The position numbers were made by a program, and so were the translations under genes. The notes beneath the pieces were generated by a model that saw only the letters and a program-made list of their open reading frames with translations, was not told where the DNA came from and searched no databases. Of a DNA stretch of 64,000 nt, positions 11,984-26,480 are shown piece by piece. Each line of letters begins with the position of its first letter. Within the stretch, counting starts at the first letter, position 1. The DNA comes from Isurus oxyrinchus (taxonomy: Eukaryota), in contig JANJGN010000013.1 in assembly GCA_026770705.1 (NCBI GenBank), positions 61,442,001 through 61,506,000 of the forward strand. Reading direction: 5' to 3'.

Positions 11984-12979
11984 TTAACTTTACAAATGCT
12001 CTCGCCAGCTTACATTTCCTGCCAGCCTCTCCTGAAATTTGCTCCTGCAGTATTTTACCACTTCAACGCTATTTACGCCTCAATACAAACAGAAGTTACG
12101 CCTCCACAACCATGTCCATCACACACAAAACTTTACATGTCATATGCCTCATGCATCAAATCACACTTCTCACACAATCAAGACCCAAACTGCAAACACA
12201 CCACTCTGAGCAAATTGCATTTATACCTAGCTCCTTGCTGCATTCCACATTGCACTCTAGGACTGCATCTTTCAATGCCATGACGTACACTGCTTTTTCT
12301 CAAAATCAGGCCAACTGTTTCAAACAATGCCACTTCTTCAACACAAAAACAACTCACTTCAACTCCCTTACTTTGGTAAGTACTAGCAAGGAAATCAGTG
12401 TCTTTAACATTCCAACTCATCCCCGGATGTGAAGCCCATTACTGACCAATGAGATGCCTTTGAATGCTGAGCCTTTCAGGTGGTAATATTCAGAGTATTA
12501 GCTTTGGCCAGGGGCACAGGGGCTGCAAATTCCCTTCATTCAATTCCAATGTTGGGAGCTGCTGCTCGTTGACTGAGCTGTAGCCGTCGCAGGTCCATCA
12601 CATTAATGTCATGAAAAGAAGTCATGTGAATGAGAGGCTGAAATGTCTGCTTTGAAGGAGTATGTCTTAATGCCGTGTTTTTTGAAGGACTTGTGTTCCA
12701 ATGGCAACTGTATTGCTTGTGTTTGGTCAAGCTGGACGCCAAAATGTGTCTCAGAAAATGATGCGTGCTGCAAGGTGGTAAAACGGCTGTTGCTGAATGA
12801 CAGCTTTGAGTCTGAAGGCTGTGTGTAGAGCAGGAAAGTAGAATTTTGTCACTGCCTGTTAAATCAAGCACGAGCAATTGATGGTTGTGCTTTGTCACTG
12901 CACAAGAGACAACGGTGTGCTCCAGTTCAGTTAGTGTACAGAATATGGAGTACACAACAACAACATCAGACAACAACTT

Positions 12980-13098
12980 GTCAGGATGGCCGAGTGGTCT
13001 AAGGTGCCAGACTCAAGGAGCGTGATTCCTTTCATTGCAACGGCTTGGTGAATTCTGGTCCCTTTCTAGGGGCGTGGGTTCAAATCCCACTCCTGACA
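12980..13098 (+). tRNA. tRNA-Leu-CAA: tRNA-Leu(CAA), near-intact (C25>U, G-U wobble)
   Basis: Single exon change AAGGTGCC. Confidence 0.85.
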
Positions 13099-14095
13099 TT
13101 AACTTTTCAAATGCTCTCGCCAGCTTACATTTCCTGCCAGCCTCTCCTGAAATTTGCTCCTGCCACGTTTTACCACTTCAACGCTATTTACGCCTCAATA
13201 CAAACACAAGTTACGCCTCCACAACCATGTACATCACACACAAAACTTTACATGTTATATGCCTCATGCATCAAATCACACTTCTCACACAATCAAGACC
13301 CAAACTGCAAACACACCACTCTGAGCAAACTACATTTATACCTAGCTCCTTGCTGCATTCCACATTGTATTCTAGGACTGCATCGTTCAATGCCATGGGG
13401 TACACTGCTGTTTCTCAAACACAGGCCAACTGTTTCGAACAATGCCACTTCCTGTACACAAAAACAACTCAGTTCAAGTCCCTTACTTTGGTAAGTACTA
13501 GCAAGGAAATCAGTGTCTTTCACATTCCAACTCATCCCCGGATGTGAAGCACATTACTGACCAATGAGATGAGTTTGAATGCTGGGCCTTTCAGGTGCTA
13601 ATGTTCAGATTAATGCCATTGGCCAGGGGCACAGGGGCTGCAAATTCCCATCATTCAATTCCAATATTGGGAGCTGCTGCTCATTGACTGGTCTTCAGCC
13701 ATCGCAGGTCCATCACGTTAATGTCATGAAAAGAAAGTCATGTGAATGAGAGGCTGAAATGTCCGCTTTGAAGGATTATGTCTCACTGCTGTGTTTTTTG
13801 AAGGACTTGTGTTCCAATGGCAACTATGTTGCTTGCAGTTGGTCAATCTGAACGCCATAATGTGTCTCAAAAAATGATGTGTGCTGCAAGGTGGTAAAAT
13901 GACTGTTGATGAATAAAAGCTGTGAGTCTGAAGGTTGTCTGTGGAGCAGGAAAGTAGAATTTTGTCACTGCCTGTTAAATCAAGCACGAGCAATTGATGG
14001 TTGTGCTTTGTCACTGCACAAGAGACAACGGTGTGCTCCAGTTCAGTTAGTGTACAGAATATGGAGCACACAACAACAACATCAAACAACAACTT

Positions 14096-14214
14096 GTCAG
14101 GATGGCCGAGTGGTCTAAGGCGCCAGACTCAAGGAGTGTGATTCCTTTCCTTGCAATGGCTTGGTGAATTCTGGTCCCTTTCTAGGGGCGTGGGTTCAAA
14201 TCCCACTCCTGACA
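14096..14214 (+). tRNA. tRNA-Leu-CAA: tRNA-Leu(CAA), intact exons; proximal terminator reduced to TTT
   Basis: Exons identical to the 2943 copy. Confidence 0.93.
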
Positions 14215-15210
14215 TTAACTTTACAAATGCTCTCGCCAGCTTACATTTCCTGCCAGCCTCTCCTGAAATTTGCTCCTGCAGTATTTTACCACTTCAACGC
14301 TATTTACGCCTCAATACAAACAGAAGTTACGCCTCCACAACCATGTCCATCACACACAAAACTTTACATGTAATATGCCTCATGCATCAAATCGCACTTC
14401 TCACACAATCAAGACCCAAACTGCAAACACAGCACTCTGACCAAATTGCATTTATACCTAGCTCCTTGCTGCATTCCACATTGCACTCTAGGACTGCATC
14501 TTTCAATGCCATGACGTACACTGCTTTTTCTCAAAACCAGGCCAACTGTTTCAAACAATGCCACTTCTTCTACACAAAAACAACTCACTTCAACTCCCTT
14601 ACTTTGGTAAGTACTTGCAAGGAAATCAGTGTCTTTAACATTCCAACTCATCCCCGGATGTGAAGCACATTACTGACCAATGAGATGCCTTTGAATGCTG
14701 AGCCTTTCAGGTGGTAATATTCAGAGTATTAGCTTTGGCCAGGGGCACAGGGGCTACAAATTCCCTTCGTTCAATTCCAATATTGGGAGCTGCTGCTCGT
14801 TGACTGAGCTGTAGCCATCGCAGGTCCATCACATTAATGTCATGAAAAGAAGTCATGTGAATGAGAGGCTGAAATGTCCGCTTTGAAGGAGTATGTCTTA
14901 ATGCCGTGTTTTTTGAAGGACTTGTGTCGCAATGGCAACTGTATTGCTTGTGTTTGGTCAAGCTGGACGCCAAAATGTGTCTCAGAAAATGATGCGTGCT
15001 GCAAGGTGGTAAAACGGCTGTTGATGAATGACAGCTGTGAGTCTGAAGGCTGTGTGTGGAGCAGGAAAGTAGAATTTTGTCACTGCCTGTTAAATCAAGC
15101 ACGAGCAATTGATGGTTGTGCTTTGTCACTGCACAAGAGACAACGGTGTGCTCCAGTTCAGTTAGTGTACAGAATATGGAGCACACAACAACAACATCAA
15201 ACAACAACTT

Positions 15211-15329
15211 GTCAGGATGGCCGAGTGGTCTAAGGCGCCAGACTCAAGGAGTGTGATTCCTTTCCTTGCAACGGCTTGGTGAATTCTGGTCCCTTTCTAG
15301 GGGCGTGGGTTCAAATCCCACTCCTGACA
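15211..15329 (+). tRNA. tRNA-Leu-CAA: tRNA-Leu(CAA), intron-containing, intact
   Basis: Exons identical to the 2943 copy; TTTT terminator. Confidence 0.95.
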
Positions 15330-16325
15330 TTAACTTTTCAAATGCTCTCGCCAGCTTACATTTCCTGCCAGCCTCTCCTGAAATTTGCTCCTGCCACTTT
15401 TTACCACTTCAACGCTATTTACGCCTCAATACAAACACAATTTACGCCTCCACAACCATGTCCATCACACTCAAAACTTTACATGTAATATGCCTCATGC
15501 ATCAAATCACACTTCTCACACAATCAAGACCCAAACTGCAAACACACCACTCTGAGCAAACTACATTTATACCTAGCTCCTTGCTGCATTCCACATTGTA
15601 TTCTAGGACTGCATCGTTCAATGCCATGGGGTACACTGCTGTTTCTCAAACCCAGGCCAACTGTTTCGAACAATGCCACTTCCTGTACACAAAAACAACT
15701 CACTTCAACTCCCTTAATTTGGTAAGTACTTGCAAGGAAATCAGTGTCTTTAACATTCCAATTCATCCCCGGATGTGAAGCACATTACTGACCAATGAGA
15801 TGAGTTTGAATGCTGGGCCTTTCAGGTGGTAATGTTCAGATTAATGCCATTGGCCAGGGGCACAGGGGCTGCAAATTCCCTTCGTTCAATTCCAATATTG
15901 GGAGCTGCTGCTCATTGACTGGTCTTCAGCCGTTGCAGGTCGATCACGTTAATGTCATGAAAAGAAAGTCATGTGAATGAGAGGCTGAAATGTCCGCTTT
16001 GAAGGATTATGTCTCACTGCTGTGTTTTTTGAAGGATTGTGTTCCAATGGCAACTGTGTTGCTTGCAGTTGGTCAAACTGAACGCCATAATGTGTCTCAT
16101 AAAATGATGTGTGCTGCAAGGTGGTAAAACGGCTGTTGATGAATAAAAGCTGTGAGTCTGAATGTTGTTTGTGGAGCAGGAAAGGAGAATTTTGTCACTG
16201 CCTGTTAAATCAAGCATGAGCAATTGATGGTTGTGCTTTGTCACTGCACAAGAGACAACGGTGTGCTCCAGTTCAGTTAGTGTACAGAATATGGAGCACA
16301 TATCAACAAAATTAAACAACAACTT

Positions 16326-16444
16326 GTCAGGATAGCTAAGTGGTCTAAGGTAACAGAATCAAGGAATGTGATTCCTTTCCTTGCAATGGCTTGGTGAATT
16401 CTGATTCTTTTCTAGGGGTGTGGGTTCAAATCCCACTCCTGACA
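16326..16444 (+). pseudogene. tRNA-Leu(CAA) pseudogene, class B
   Basis: TAGCTAAG...GGTAACAGAATCAAG; T4 in variable arm; A-like 3' end. Confidence 0.85.
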
Positions 16445-17440
16445 TTAATTTTTCAAATGCTCTCGCCAGCTTACATTTCCTGCCAGCCTCTCCTGAAATT
16501 TGCACCTACCACGTTTTACCACTTCAACGCTATTTACGCCTCAATACAAACACAAGTTACGTCTCCACAACCATGTCCATCACACACAAAACTTTACATG
16601 TAATATGCCTCATGCATCAAATCGCACTTCTCACACAATCAAGACCCAAACTGCAAACACAGCACTCTGACCAAATTGCATTTATACCTAGCTCCTTGCT
16701 GCATTCCACATTGCACTCTAGGACTGCATCTTTCAATGCCATGACGTACACTGCTTTTTCTCAAAACCAGGCCAACTGTTTCAAACAATGCCACTTCTTC
16801 TACACAAAAACAACTCACTTCAACTCCCTTACTTTGGTAAGTACTTGCAAGGAAATCAGTGTCTTTAACATTCCAACTCATCCCCGGATGTGAAGCACAT
16901 TACTGACCAATGAGATGCCTTTGAATGCTGAGCCTTTCAGGTGGTAATATTCAGAGTATTAGCTTTGGCCAGGGGCACAGGGGCTACAAATTCCCTTCGT
17001 TCAATTCCAATATTGGGAGCTGCTGCTCGTTGACTGAGCTGTAGCCGTCGCAGGTCCATCACATTAATGTCATGAAAAGAAGTCATGTGAATGAGAGGCT
17101 GAAATGTCCGCTTTGAAGGAGTATGTCTTAATGCCGTGTTTTTTGAAGGACTTGTGTCGCAATGGCAACTGTATTGCTTGTGTTTGGTCAAGCTGGACGC
17201 CAAAATGTGTCTCAGAAAATGATGCGTGCTGCAAGGTGGTAAAACGGCTGTTGATGAATGACAGCTGTGAGTCTGAAGGCTGTGTGTGGAGCAGGAAAGT
17301 AGAATTTTGTCACTACCTGTTAAATCAAGCACGAGCAATTGATGGTTGTGCTTTGTCACTGCACAAGAGACAACGGTGTGCTCCAGTTCAGTTAGTGTAC
17401 AGAATATGGAGCACACAACAACAACATCAAACAACAACTT

Positions 17441-17559
17441 GTCAGGATGGCCGAGTGGTCTAAGGCACCAGACTCAAGGAGTGTGATTCCTTTCCTTGCA
17501 ACGGCTTGGTGAATTCTGGTCCCTTTCTAGGGGCGTGGGTTCAAATCCCACTCCTGACA
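17441..17559 (+). tRNA. tRNA-Leu-CAA: tRNA-Leu(CAA), near-intact (G26>A)
   Basis: Single exon change AAGGCACCAG; all stems intact. Confidence 0.85.
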
Positions 17560-18555
17560 TTAACTTTTCAAATGCTCTCGCCAGCTTACATTTCCTGCCA
17601 GCCTCTCCTGAAATTTGCTCCTGCCACTTTTTACCACTTCAACGCTATTTACGCCTCAATACAAACACAATTTACGCCTCCACAACCATGTCCATCACAC
17701 TCAAAACTTTACATGTAATATGCCTCATGCATCAAATCACACTTCTCACACAATCAAGACCCAAACTGCAAACACACCACTCTGAGCAAACTACATTTAT
17801 ACCTAGCTCCTTGCTGCATTCCACATTGTATTCTAGGACTGCATCGTTCAATGCCATGGGGTACACTGCTGTTTCTCAAACCCAGGCCAACTGTTTCAAA
17901 CAATGCCACTTCCTGCACACAAAAACAACTCACTTCAACTCCCTTAATTTGGTAAGTACTTGCAAGAAAATCAGTGTCTTTAACATTCCAACTCATCCCC
18001 GGATGTGAAGCACATTACTGACCAATGAGATGCCTTTGAATGCTGGGCCTTTCAGGTGCTAATGTTCAGAGTAATGCCATTGGCCAGGGGCACAGGGGCT
18101 GCAAATTCTGTTCGTTCAATTCCAATATTGGGAGCTGCTGCTCATTGACTGATCTTCAGCCATCGCAGGTCCATCACGTTAATGTCATGAAAATAAAGTC
18201 ATGTGAATGAGATGCTGAAATGTCCGCTTGGAAGGATTATGTCTTACTGCTGTGTTTTTTGAAGGACTTGTGTTGCAATGGCAACTGTGTTGCTTGCATT
18301 TGGTCAAACTGAATGCCAAAATGTGTCTCAAAAAATGATGTGTGCTGCAAGGTGGTAAAATGACTGTTGATGAATAAAAGCTGTGAGTCTAAAGATTGTT
18401 TATGGAGCAGGAAAGTAGAATTTTGTCACTGCCTGTTAAATCAAGCATGAGCAATTGATGGTTGTGCTTTGTCACTGCACAAGAGACAACGGTGTGCTCC
18501 AGTTCAGTTAGTGTACAGAATTTGCAGCACACATCAACCAATTAGATAGCAACTT

Positions 18556-18674
18556 GTCAGGATGGCCCAGTGGTCTAAGTCACCAAACTCAATAGTTGAT
18601 TTTCTTTTCCTTGCAACAGCCTGGTGAATGCTCATCCCTTTCTAGGGGCGTGGGTTCAAATCCCCCTCCTGACA
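18556..18674 (+). pseudogene. tRNA-Leu(CAA) pseudogene, class C
   Basis: Class C substitutions; intronic T4 runs. Confidence 0.85.
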
Positions 18675-19671
18675 ATGCTTTTTCAAATGCTCTCGCCAGC
18701 CTACATTTCCTGCCAGCCTCTCCTGAATTTTGCACCTACCACGTTTAACCACTTCAACTCTATTTATGCCTCAATACAAACACAGGTGACGCCTCCACAA
18801 CCATGTCCATCACACACAAAACTTTACATGATATATGCCTCATGCATCAAATCACACTTCTCACACAATCAAGACCCAAACTGCAAACACAACACTCTGA
18901 GCAAACTGCATTTATACCTAGCTCCTTGCTGCATTCCACATTGAATTCTAGGACTGCATCGTTCAATGCCATGGGGTACACTGCTGTTTCTGAAACCCAG
19001 GCCAACTGTTTCAAACAATGCCACTTCCTCTACACAAAAACAACTCACTTCAACTCCCTTAATTTGGTAAGTACTTGCAAGGAAATCAGTGTCTTTCACA
19101 TTCCAACTCATCCCCGGATGTGAAGCACATTACTGACCAATGAGATGCCTTTGATTGCTGGGCCTTTCTGGTGCTAATGTTCAGAGTAATGCCATTGGCC
19201 AGGGGCACAGGGGCTGCAAATTCCATTAGTTCAATTCCAATATCGGGAGCTACTGCTCATTGACTGATCTTCAGCCATCGCAGGTCCATCACATTAATGT
19301 CATGAAAAGAAAGTCATGTGAATGAGAGGCTGAAATGTCCGCTTGGAAGAATTATGTCTTACTGCCGTGTTTTTTGAAGGACTTGTGTTCCAATGGCAAC
19401 TGTGTTGCTTGCATTAGGTCAAAATGAATGCCAAAATGTGTCTCAAAAAATGATGTGTGCTGCAAGGTGGTAAAACGGCTGTTGATGAATAAGAGCTGTG
19501 AGTCTGAAGGTTGTCTGTGGAGCAGGAAAGGAGAATTTTGTCACTGCCTGTTAAATCAAGCATGAGCAATTGATGGTTGTGCTTTGTCACTACACAAGAG
19601 ACAACGGTGTGCTCCAGTTCAGTTAGTGTACAGAATATGGAGCACATATCAACAAAATTAAAGAACAACGT

Positions 19672-19790
19672 GTCAGGATAGTTAAGTGGGTTAAGGTACC
19701 AGACTCAAGGAATGTGATTCCTTTCCTTGCAATGGCTTGGTGAATTCTGATTCTTTTCTAGGGGTGTGGGTTCAAATCCTGCTACTGACA
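19672..19790 (+). pseudogene. tRNA-Leu(CAA) pseudogene, class B
   Basis: Class B plus further D-arm changes (TAGTTAAGTGGGTT). Confidence 0.85.
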
Positions 19791-20786
19791 TTAACTTTTC
19801 AAATGCTCTCGCCAGCTTACATTTCCTGCCAGCCTCTCCTGAAATTTGCTCCTGCCACGTTTTACCACTTCAACGCTATTTACGCCTCAATACAAACACA
19901 AGTTACGCCTCCACAACCATGTACATCACACACAAAACTTTACATGTTATATGCCTCATGCATCAAATCACACTTCTCACACAATCAAGACCCAAACTGC
20001 AAACACACCACTCTGAGCAAACTACATTTCTACCTAGCTCCTTGCTGCATTCCACATTGTATTCTAGGACTGCATCGTTCAATGCCATGGGGTACACTGC
20101 TGTTTCTCAAACCCAGGCCAACTGTTTCGAACAATGCCACTTCCTGTACACAAAAACAACTCACTTCAACTCCCTTAATTTGGTAAGTACTTGCAAGGAA
20201 ATCAGTGTCTTTAACATTCCAATTCATCCCCGGATGTGAAGCACATTACTGACCAATGAGATGAGTTTGAATGCTGGGCCTTTCAGGTGGTAATGTTCAG
20301 ATTAATGCCATTGGCCAGGGGCACAGGGGCTGCAAATTCCCTTCATTCAATTCCAATATTGGGAGCTGCTGCTCATTGACTGGTCTTCAGCCGTTGCAGG
20401 TCCATCACGTTAATGTCATGAAAAGAAAGTCATGTGAATGAGAGGCTGAAATGTCCGCTTTGAAGGATTATGTCTCACTGCTGTGTTTTTTGAAGGATTG
20501 TGTTCCAATGGCAACTGTGTTGCTTGCAGTTGGTCAAACTGAACGCCATAATGTGTCTCATAAAATGATGTGTGCTGCAAGGTGGTAAAACGGCTGTTGA
20601 TGAATAAAAGCTGTGAGTCTGAATGTTGTTTGTGGAGCAGGAAAGGAGAATTTTGTCACTGCCTGTTAAATCAAGCATGAGCAATTGATGGTTGTGCTTT
20701 GTCACTGCACAAGAGACAACGGTGTGCTCCAGTTCAGTTAGTGTACAGAATATGGAGCACATATCAACAAAATTAAACAGCAACTT

Positions 20787-20905
20787 GTCAGGATAGCTAA
20801 GTGGTCTAAGGTAACAGACTCAAGGAATGTGATTCCTTTCCTTGCAATGGCTTGGTGAATTCTGATTCTTTTCTAGGGGTGTGGGTTCAAATCCCACTCC
20901 TGACA
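20787..20905 (+). pseudogene. tRNA-Leu(CAA) pseudogene, class B
   Basis: Class B substitutions; T4 in variable arm. Confidence 0.85.
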
Positions 20906-21901
20906 TTAATTTTTCAAATGCTCTCGCCAGCTTACATTTCCTGCCAGCCTCTCCTGAAATTTGCACCTACCACGTTTTACCACTTCAACGCTATTTACGC
21001 CTCAATACAAACACAAGTTACGTCTCCACAACCATGTCCATCACACACAAAACTTTACATGTAATATGCCTCATGCATCAAATCGCACTTCTCACACAAT
21101 CAAGACCCAAACTGCAAACACAGCACTCTGACCAAATTGCATTTATACCTAGCTCCTTGCTGCATTCCACATTGCACTCTAGGACTGCATCTTTCAATGC
21201 CATGACGTACACTGCTTTTTCTCAAAACCAGGCCAACTGTTTCAAACAATGCCACTTCTTCTACACAAAAACAACTCACTTCAACTCCCTTACTTTGGTA
21301 AGTACTTGCAAGGAAATCAGTGTCTTTAACATTCCAACTCATCCCCGGATGTGAAGCACATTACTGACCAATGAGATGCCTTTGAATGCTGAGCCTTTCA
21401 GGTGGTAATATTCAGAGTATTAGCTTTGGCCAGGGGCACAGGGGCTACAAATTCCCTTCGTTCAATTCCAATATTGGGAGCTGCTGCTCGTTGACTGAGC
21501 TGTAGCCGTCGCAGGTCCATCACATTAATGTCATGAAAAGAAGTCATGTGAATGAGAGGCTGAAATGTCCGCTTTGAAGGAGTATGTCTTAATGCCGTGT
21601 TTTTTGAAGGACTTGTGTCGCAATGGCAACTGTATTGCTTGTGTTTGGTCAAGCTGGACGCCAAAATGTGTCTCAGAAAATGATGCGTGCTGCAAGGTGG
21701 TAAAACGGCTGTTGATGAATGACAGCTGTGAGTCTGAAGGCTGTGTGTGGAGCAGGAAAGTAGAATTTTGTCACTGCCTGTTAAATCAAGCACGAGCAAT
21801 TGATGGTTGTGCTTTGTCACTGCACAAGAGACAACGGTGTGCTCCAGTTCAGTTAGTGTACAGAATATGGAGCACACAACAACAACATCAAACAACAACT
21901 T

Positions 21902-22020
21902 GTCAGGATGGCCGAGTGGTCTAAGGCGCCAGACTCAAGGAGTGTGATTCCTTTCCTTGCAACGGCTTGGTGAATTCTGGTCCCTTTCAAGGGGCGTGGG
22001 TTCAAATCCCACTCCTGACA
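21902..22020 (+). tRNA. tRNA-Leu-CAA: tRNA-Leu(CAA), intact (variable-loop TTCT>TTCA)
   Basis: All stems and both boxes intact; TTTT terminator. Confidence 0.92.
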
Positions 22021-23016
22021 TTAACTTTTCAAATGCTCTCGCCAGCTTACATTTCCTGCCAGCCTCTCCTGAAATTTGCTCCTGCCACTTTTTACCACTT
22101 CAACGCTATTTACGCCTCAATACAAACACAATTTACGCCTCCACAACCATGTCCATCACACTCACAACTTTACATGTAATATGCCTCATGCATCAAATCA
22201 CACTTCTCACACAATCAAGACCCAAACTGCAAACACACCACTCTGAGCAAACTACATTTATACCTAGCTCCTTGCTGCATTCCACATTGTATTCTAGGAC
22301 TGCATCGTTCAATGCCATGGGGTACACTGCTGTTTCTCAAACCCAGGCCAACTGTTTCAAACAATGCCACTTCCTGCACACAAAAACAACTCAGTTCAAC
22401 TCCCTTAATTTGGTAAGTACTAGCAAGGAAATCAGTGTCTTTAACATTCCAACTCATCCCCGGATGTGAAGCACATTACTGACCAATGAGATGCCTTTGA
22501 ATGCTGGGCCTTTCAGGTGCTAATGATCAGAGTAATGGCATTGGCCAGGGGCACAGGGGCTGCAAATTCTGTTCGTTCAATTCCAATATTGGGAGCTGCT
22601 GCTCATTGACTGATCTTCAGCCATCGCAGGTCCATCACGTTAATGTCATGAAAATAAAGTCATGTGAATGAGATGCTGAAATGTCCGCTTGGAAGGATTA
22701 TGTCTTACTGCTGTGTTTTTTGAAGGACTTGTGTTGCAATGGCAACTGTGTTGCTTGCATTTGGTCAAACTGAATGCCAAAATGTGTCTCAAAAAATGAT
22801 GTGTGCTGCAAGGTGGTAAAATGACTGTTGATGAATAAAAGCTGTGAGTCTAAAGATTGTTTATGGAGCAGGAAAGTAGAATTTTGTCACTGCCTGTTAA
22901 ATCAAGCATGAGCAATTGATGGTTGTGCTTTGTCACTGCACAAGAGACAACGGTGTGCTCCAGTTCAGTTAGTGTACAGAATTTGCAGCACACATCAACC
23001 AATTAGATAGCAACTT

Positions 23017-23135
23017 GTCAGGATGGCCCAGTGGTCTAAGTCACCAAACTCAATAGTTGATTTTCTTTTCCTTGCAACAGCCTGGTGAATGCTCATCCCT
23101 TTCTAGGGGCGTGGGTTCAAATCCCACTCCTGACA
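23017..23135 (+). pseudogene. tRNA-Leu(CAA) pseudogene, class C
   Basis: Class C substitutions; intronic T4 runs. Confidence 0.85.
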
Positions 23136-24132
23136 ATGCTTTTTCAAACGCTCTCGCCAGCCTACATTTCCTGCCAGCCTCTCCTGAATTTTGCACCTAC
23201 CACGTTTTACCACTTCAACTCTATTTACGCCTCAATACAAACACAGGTGACGCCTCCACAACCATGTCCATCACACACAAAACTTTACATGTTATATGCC
23301 TCATGCATCAAATCACACTTCTCACACAATCAAGACCCAAACTGCAAACACAACGCTCTGAGCAAACTGCATTTATACCTAGCTCCTTGCTGCATTCCAC
23401 ATTGAATTCTAGGACTGCATCGTTCAATGCCATGGGGTACACTGCTGTTTCTGAAACCCAGGCCAACTGTTTCAAACAATGCCACTTCCTCTACACAAAA
23501 ACAACTCACTTCAACTCCCTTAATTTGGCAAGTACTTGCAAGGAAATCAGTGTCTTTCACATTCCAACTCATCCCCGGATGTGAAGCACATTACTGACCA
23601 ATGAGATGCCTTTGATTGCTGGGCCTTTCTGGTGCTAATGTTCAGAGTAATGCCATTGGCCAGGGGCACAGGGGCTGCAAATTCCATTAGTTCAATTCCA
23701 ATATTGGGAGCTGCTGCTCATTGACTGATCTTCAGCCATCGCAGGTCCATCACATTAATGTCATGAAAAGAAAGTCATGTGAATGAGAGGCTGAAATGTC
23801 CGCTTGGAAGAATTATGTCTTACTGCCGTGTTTTTTGAAGGACTTGTGTTCCAATGGCAACTGTGTTGCTTGCATTAGGTCAAAATGAATGCCAAAATGT
23901 GTCTCAAAAAATGATGTGTGCTGCAAGGTGGTAAAACGGCTGTTGATGAATAAGAGCTGTGAGTCTGAAGGTTGTCTGTGGAGCAGGAAAGGAGAATTTT
24001 GTCACTGCCTGTTAAATCAAGCATGAGCAATTGATGGTTGTGCTTTGTCACTACACAAGAGACAACGGTGTGCTCCAGTTCAGTTAGTGTACAGAATATG
24101 GAGCACATATCAACAAAATTAAAGAACAACGT

Positions 24133-24251
24133 GTCAGGATAGTTAAGTGGGTTAAGGTACCAGACTCAAGGAATGTGATTCCTTTCCTTGCAATGGCTTG
24201 GTGAATTCTGATTCTTTTCAAGGGGTGTGGGTTCAAATCCTGCTACTGACA
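24133..24251 (+). pseudogene. tRNA-Leu(CAA) pseudogene, class B
   Basis: Same D-arm variant as the 19672 copy. Confidence 0.85.
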
Positions 24252-25247
24252 TTAATTTTTCAAATGCTCTCGCCAGCTTACATTTCCTGCCAGCCTCTCC
24301 TGAAATTTGCGCCTGCCACATTTTACCGCTTCAATGCTATTTACGCCTCAATACAAACACAAGTTACGTCTCCACAAACATGTCCATCACACACAAAACT
24401 TTACATGTAATATGCCTCATGCATCAAATCTCACTTCTCACACAATCAAGACCCAAACTGCAAACACAGCACTCTGACCAAATTGCATTTATACCTAGCT
24501 CCTTGCTGCATTCCACATTGCACTCTAGGACTGCATCTTTCAATGCCATGACGTACACTGCTTTTTCTCAAAACCAGGCCAACTGTTTCAAACAATGCCA
24601 CTTCTTCTACACAAAAACAACTCACTTCAACTCCCTTACTTTGGTAAGTACTTGCAAGGAAATCAGTGTCTTTAACATTCCAACTCATCCCCGGATGTGA
24701 AGCACATTATTGACCAATGAGATGCCTTTGAATGCTGAGCCTTTCAGGTGGTAATATTCAGAGTATTAGCTTTGGCCAGGGGCACAGGGGCTACAAATTC
24801 CCTTCGTTCAATTCCAATATTGGGAGCTGCTGCTCGTTGACTGAGCTGTAGCCGTCGCAGGTCCATCACATTAATGTCATGAAAAGAAGTCATGTGAATG
24901 AGAGGCTGAAATGTCCGCTATGAAGGAGTATGTCTTAATGCCGTGTTTTATGAAGGACTTGTGTCGCAATGGCAACTGTATTGCTTGTGTTTGGTCAAGC
25001 TGGACGCCAAAACGTGTCTCAGAAAATGATGCGTGCTGCAAGGTGGTAAAACGGCTGTTGATGAATGACAGCTGTGAGTCTGAAGGCTGTGTGTGGAGCA
25101 GGAAAGTAGAATTTTGTCACTGCCTGTTAAATCAAGCACGAGCAATTGATGGTTGTGCTTTGTCACTGCACAAGAGACAACGGTGTGCTCCAGTTCAGTT
25201 AGTGTACAGAATATGGAGCACACAACAACAACATCAAACAACAACTT

Positions 25248-25366
25248 GTCAGGATGGCCGAGTGGTCTAAGGCGCCAGACTCAAGGAGTGTGATTCCTTT
25301 CTTTGCAACAGCTTGGTGAATTCTGGTCCCTTTCTAGGGGCGTGGGTTCAAATCCCACTCCTGACA
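25248..25366 (+). tRNA. tRNA-Leu-CAA: tRNA-Leu(CAA), intron-containing, intact exons
   Basis: Exons identical to the 2943 copy; changes only in the intron. Confidence 0.93.
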
Positions 25367-26361
25367 TTAACTTTTCAAATGCTCTCGCCAGCTTCCATTT
25401 CCTGCCAGCCTCTCCTGAAATTTGCTCCTGCCACTGTTTACCACTTCAACGCTATTTACGCCTCAATACAAACACAAGTTACGCCTCCACAACCATGTCC
25501 ATCACACACAAAACTTTACATGTTATATGCCTCATGCATCAAATCACACTTCTCACACAATCAAGACCCAAACTGCAAACACAGCACTCTGACCAAATTG
25601 CATTTATACCTAGCTCCTTGCTGCATTCCACATTGCACTCTAGGACTGCATCGTTCAATGCCATGGGGTACACTGCTGTTTCTCAAACCCAGGCCAACTG
25701 TTTCAAACAATGCCACTTCCTGCACACAAAAACAACTCACTTCAACTCCCTTACTTTGGTAAGTACTAGCAAGGAAATCAGTGTCGTTAACATTCCAACT
25801 CATCCCCAATGTGAAGCACATTACTGACCAATGAGATGCCTTTGAATGCTGGGCCTTTCAGGTGCTAATGTTCAGAGTAACGCCATTGGCCAGGGGCACA
25901 GGGGCTGCAAATTCCCTTCGTTCAATTCCAATATTGGGAGCTGCTGCTCGTTGACTGATCTTCAGCCGTCGCAGGTCCATCACATTAATGTCATGAAAAG
26001 AAGTCATGTGAATGAAAGGCTGAAATGTCCGCTTTGAAGGAGTATGTCTTAATGCCGTGTTTTTTGAAGGACTTGTGTTCCAATGGCAACTGTATTGCTT
26101 GTGTTTGGTCAAGCTGGACGCCAAAATGTGTCTCAGAAAATGATGCGTGCTGCAAGGTGGTAAAACGGCTGTTGATGAATGACAGCTGTGAGTCTGAAGG
26201 CTGTGTGTGGAGCAGGAAAGTAGAATTTTGTCACTGCCTGTTAAATCAAGCATGAGCAATTGATGGTTGTGCTTTGTCACTGCACAAGAGACAACGGTGT
26301 GCTCCAGTTCAGTTAGTGTACAGAATATGGAGCACATATCAACAAAATTAAACAACAACTT

Positions 26362-26480
26362 GTCAGGATAGCTAAGTGGTCTAAGGTAACAGAATCAAGG
26401 AATGTGATTCCTTTCCTTGCAATGGCTTGGTGAATTCTGATTCTTTTCTAGGGGTGTGGGTTCAAATCCCACTCCTGACA
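26362..26480 (+). pseudogene. tRNA-Leu(CAA) pseudogene, class B
   Basis: Same variant as the 16326 copy. Confidence 0.85.
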
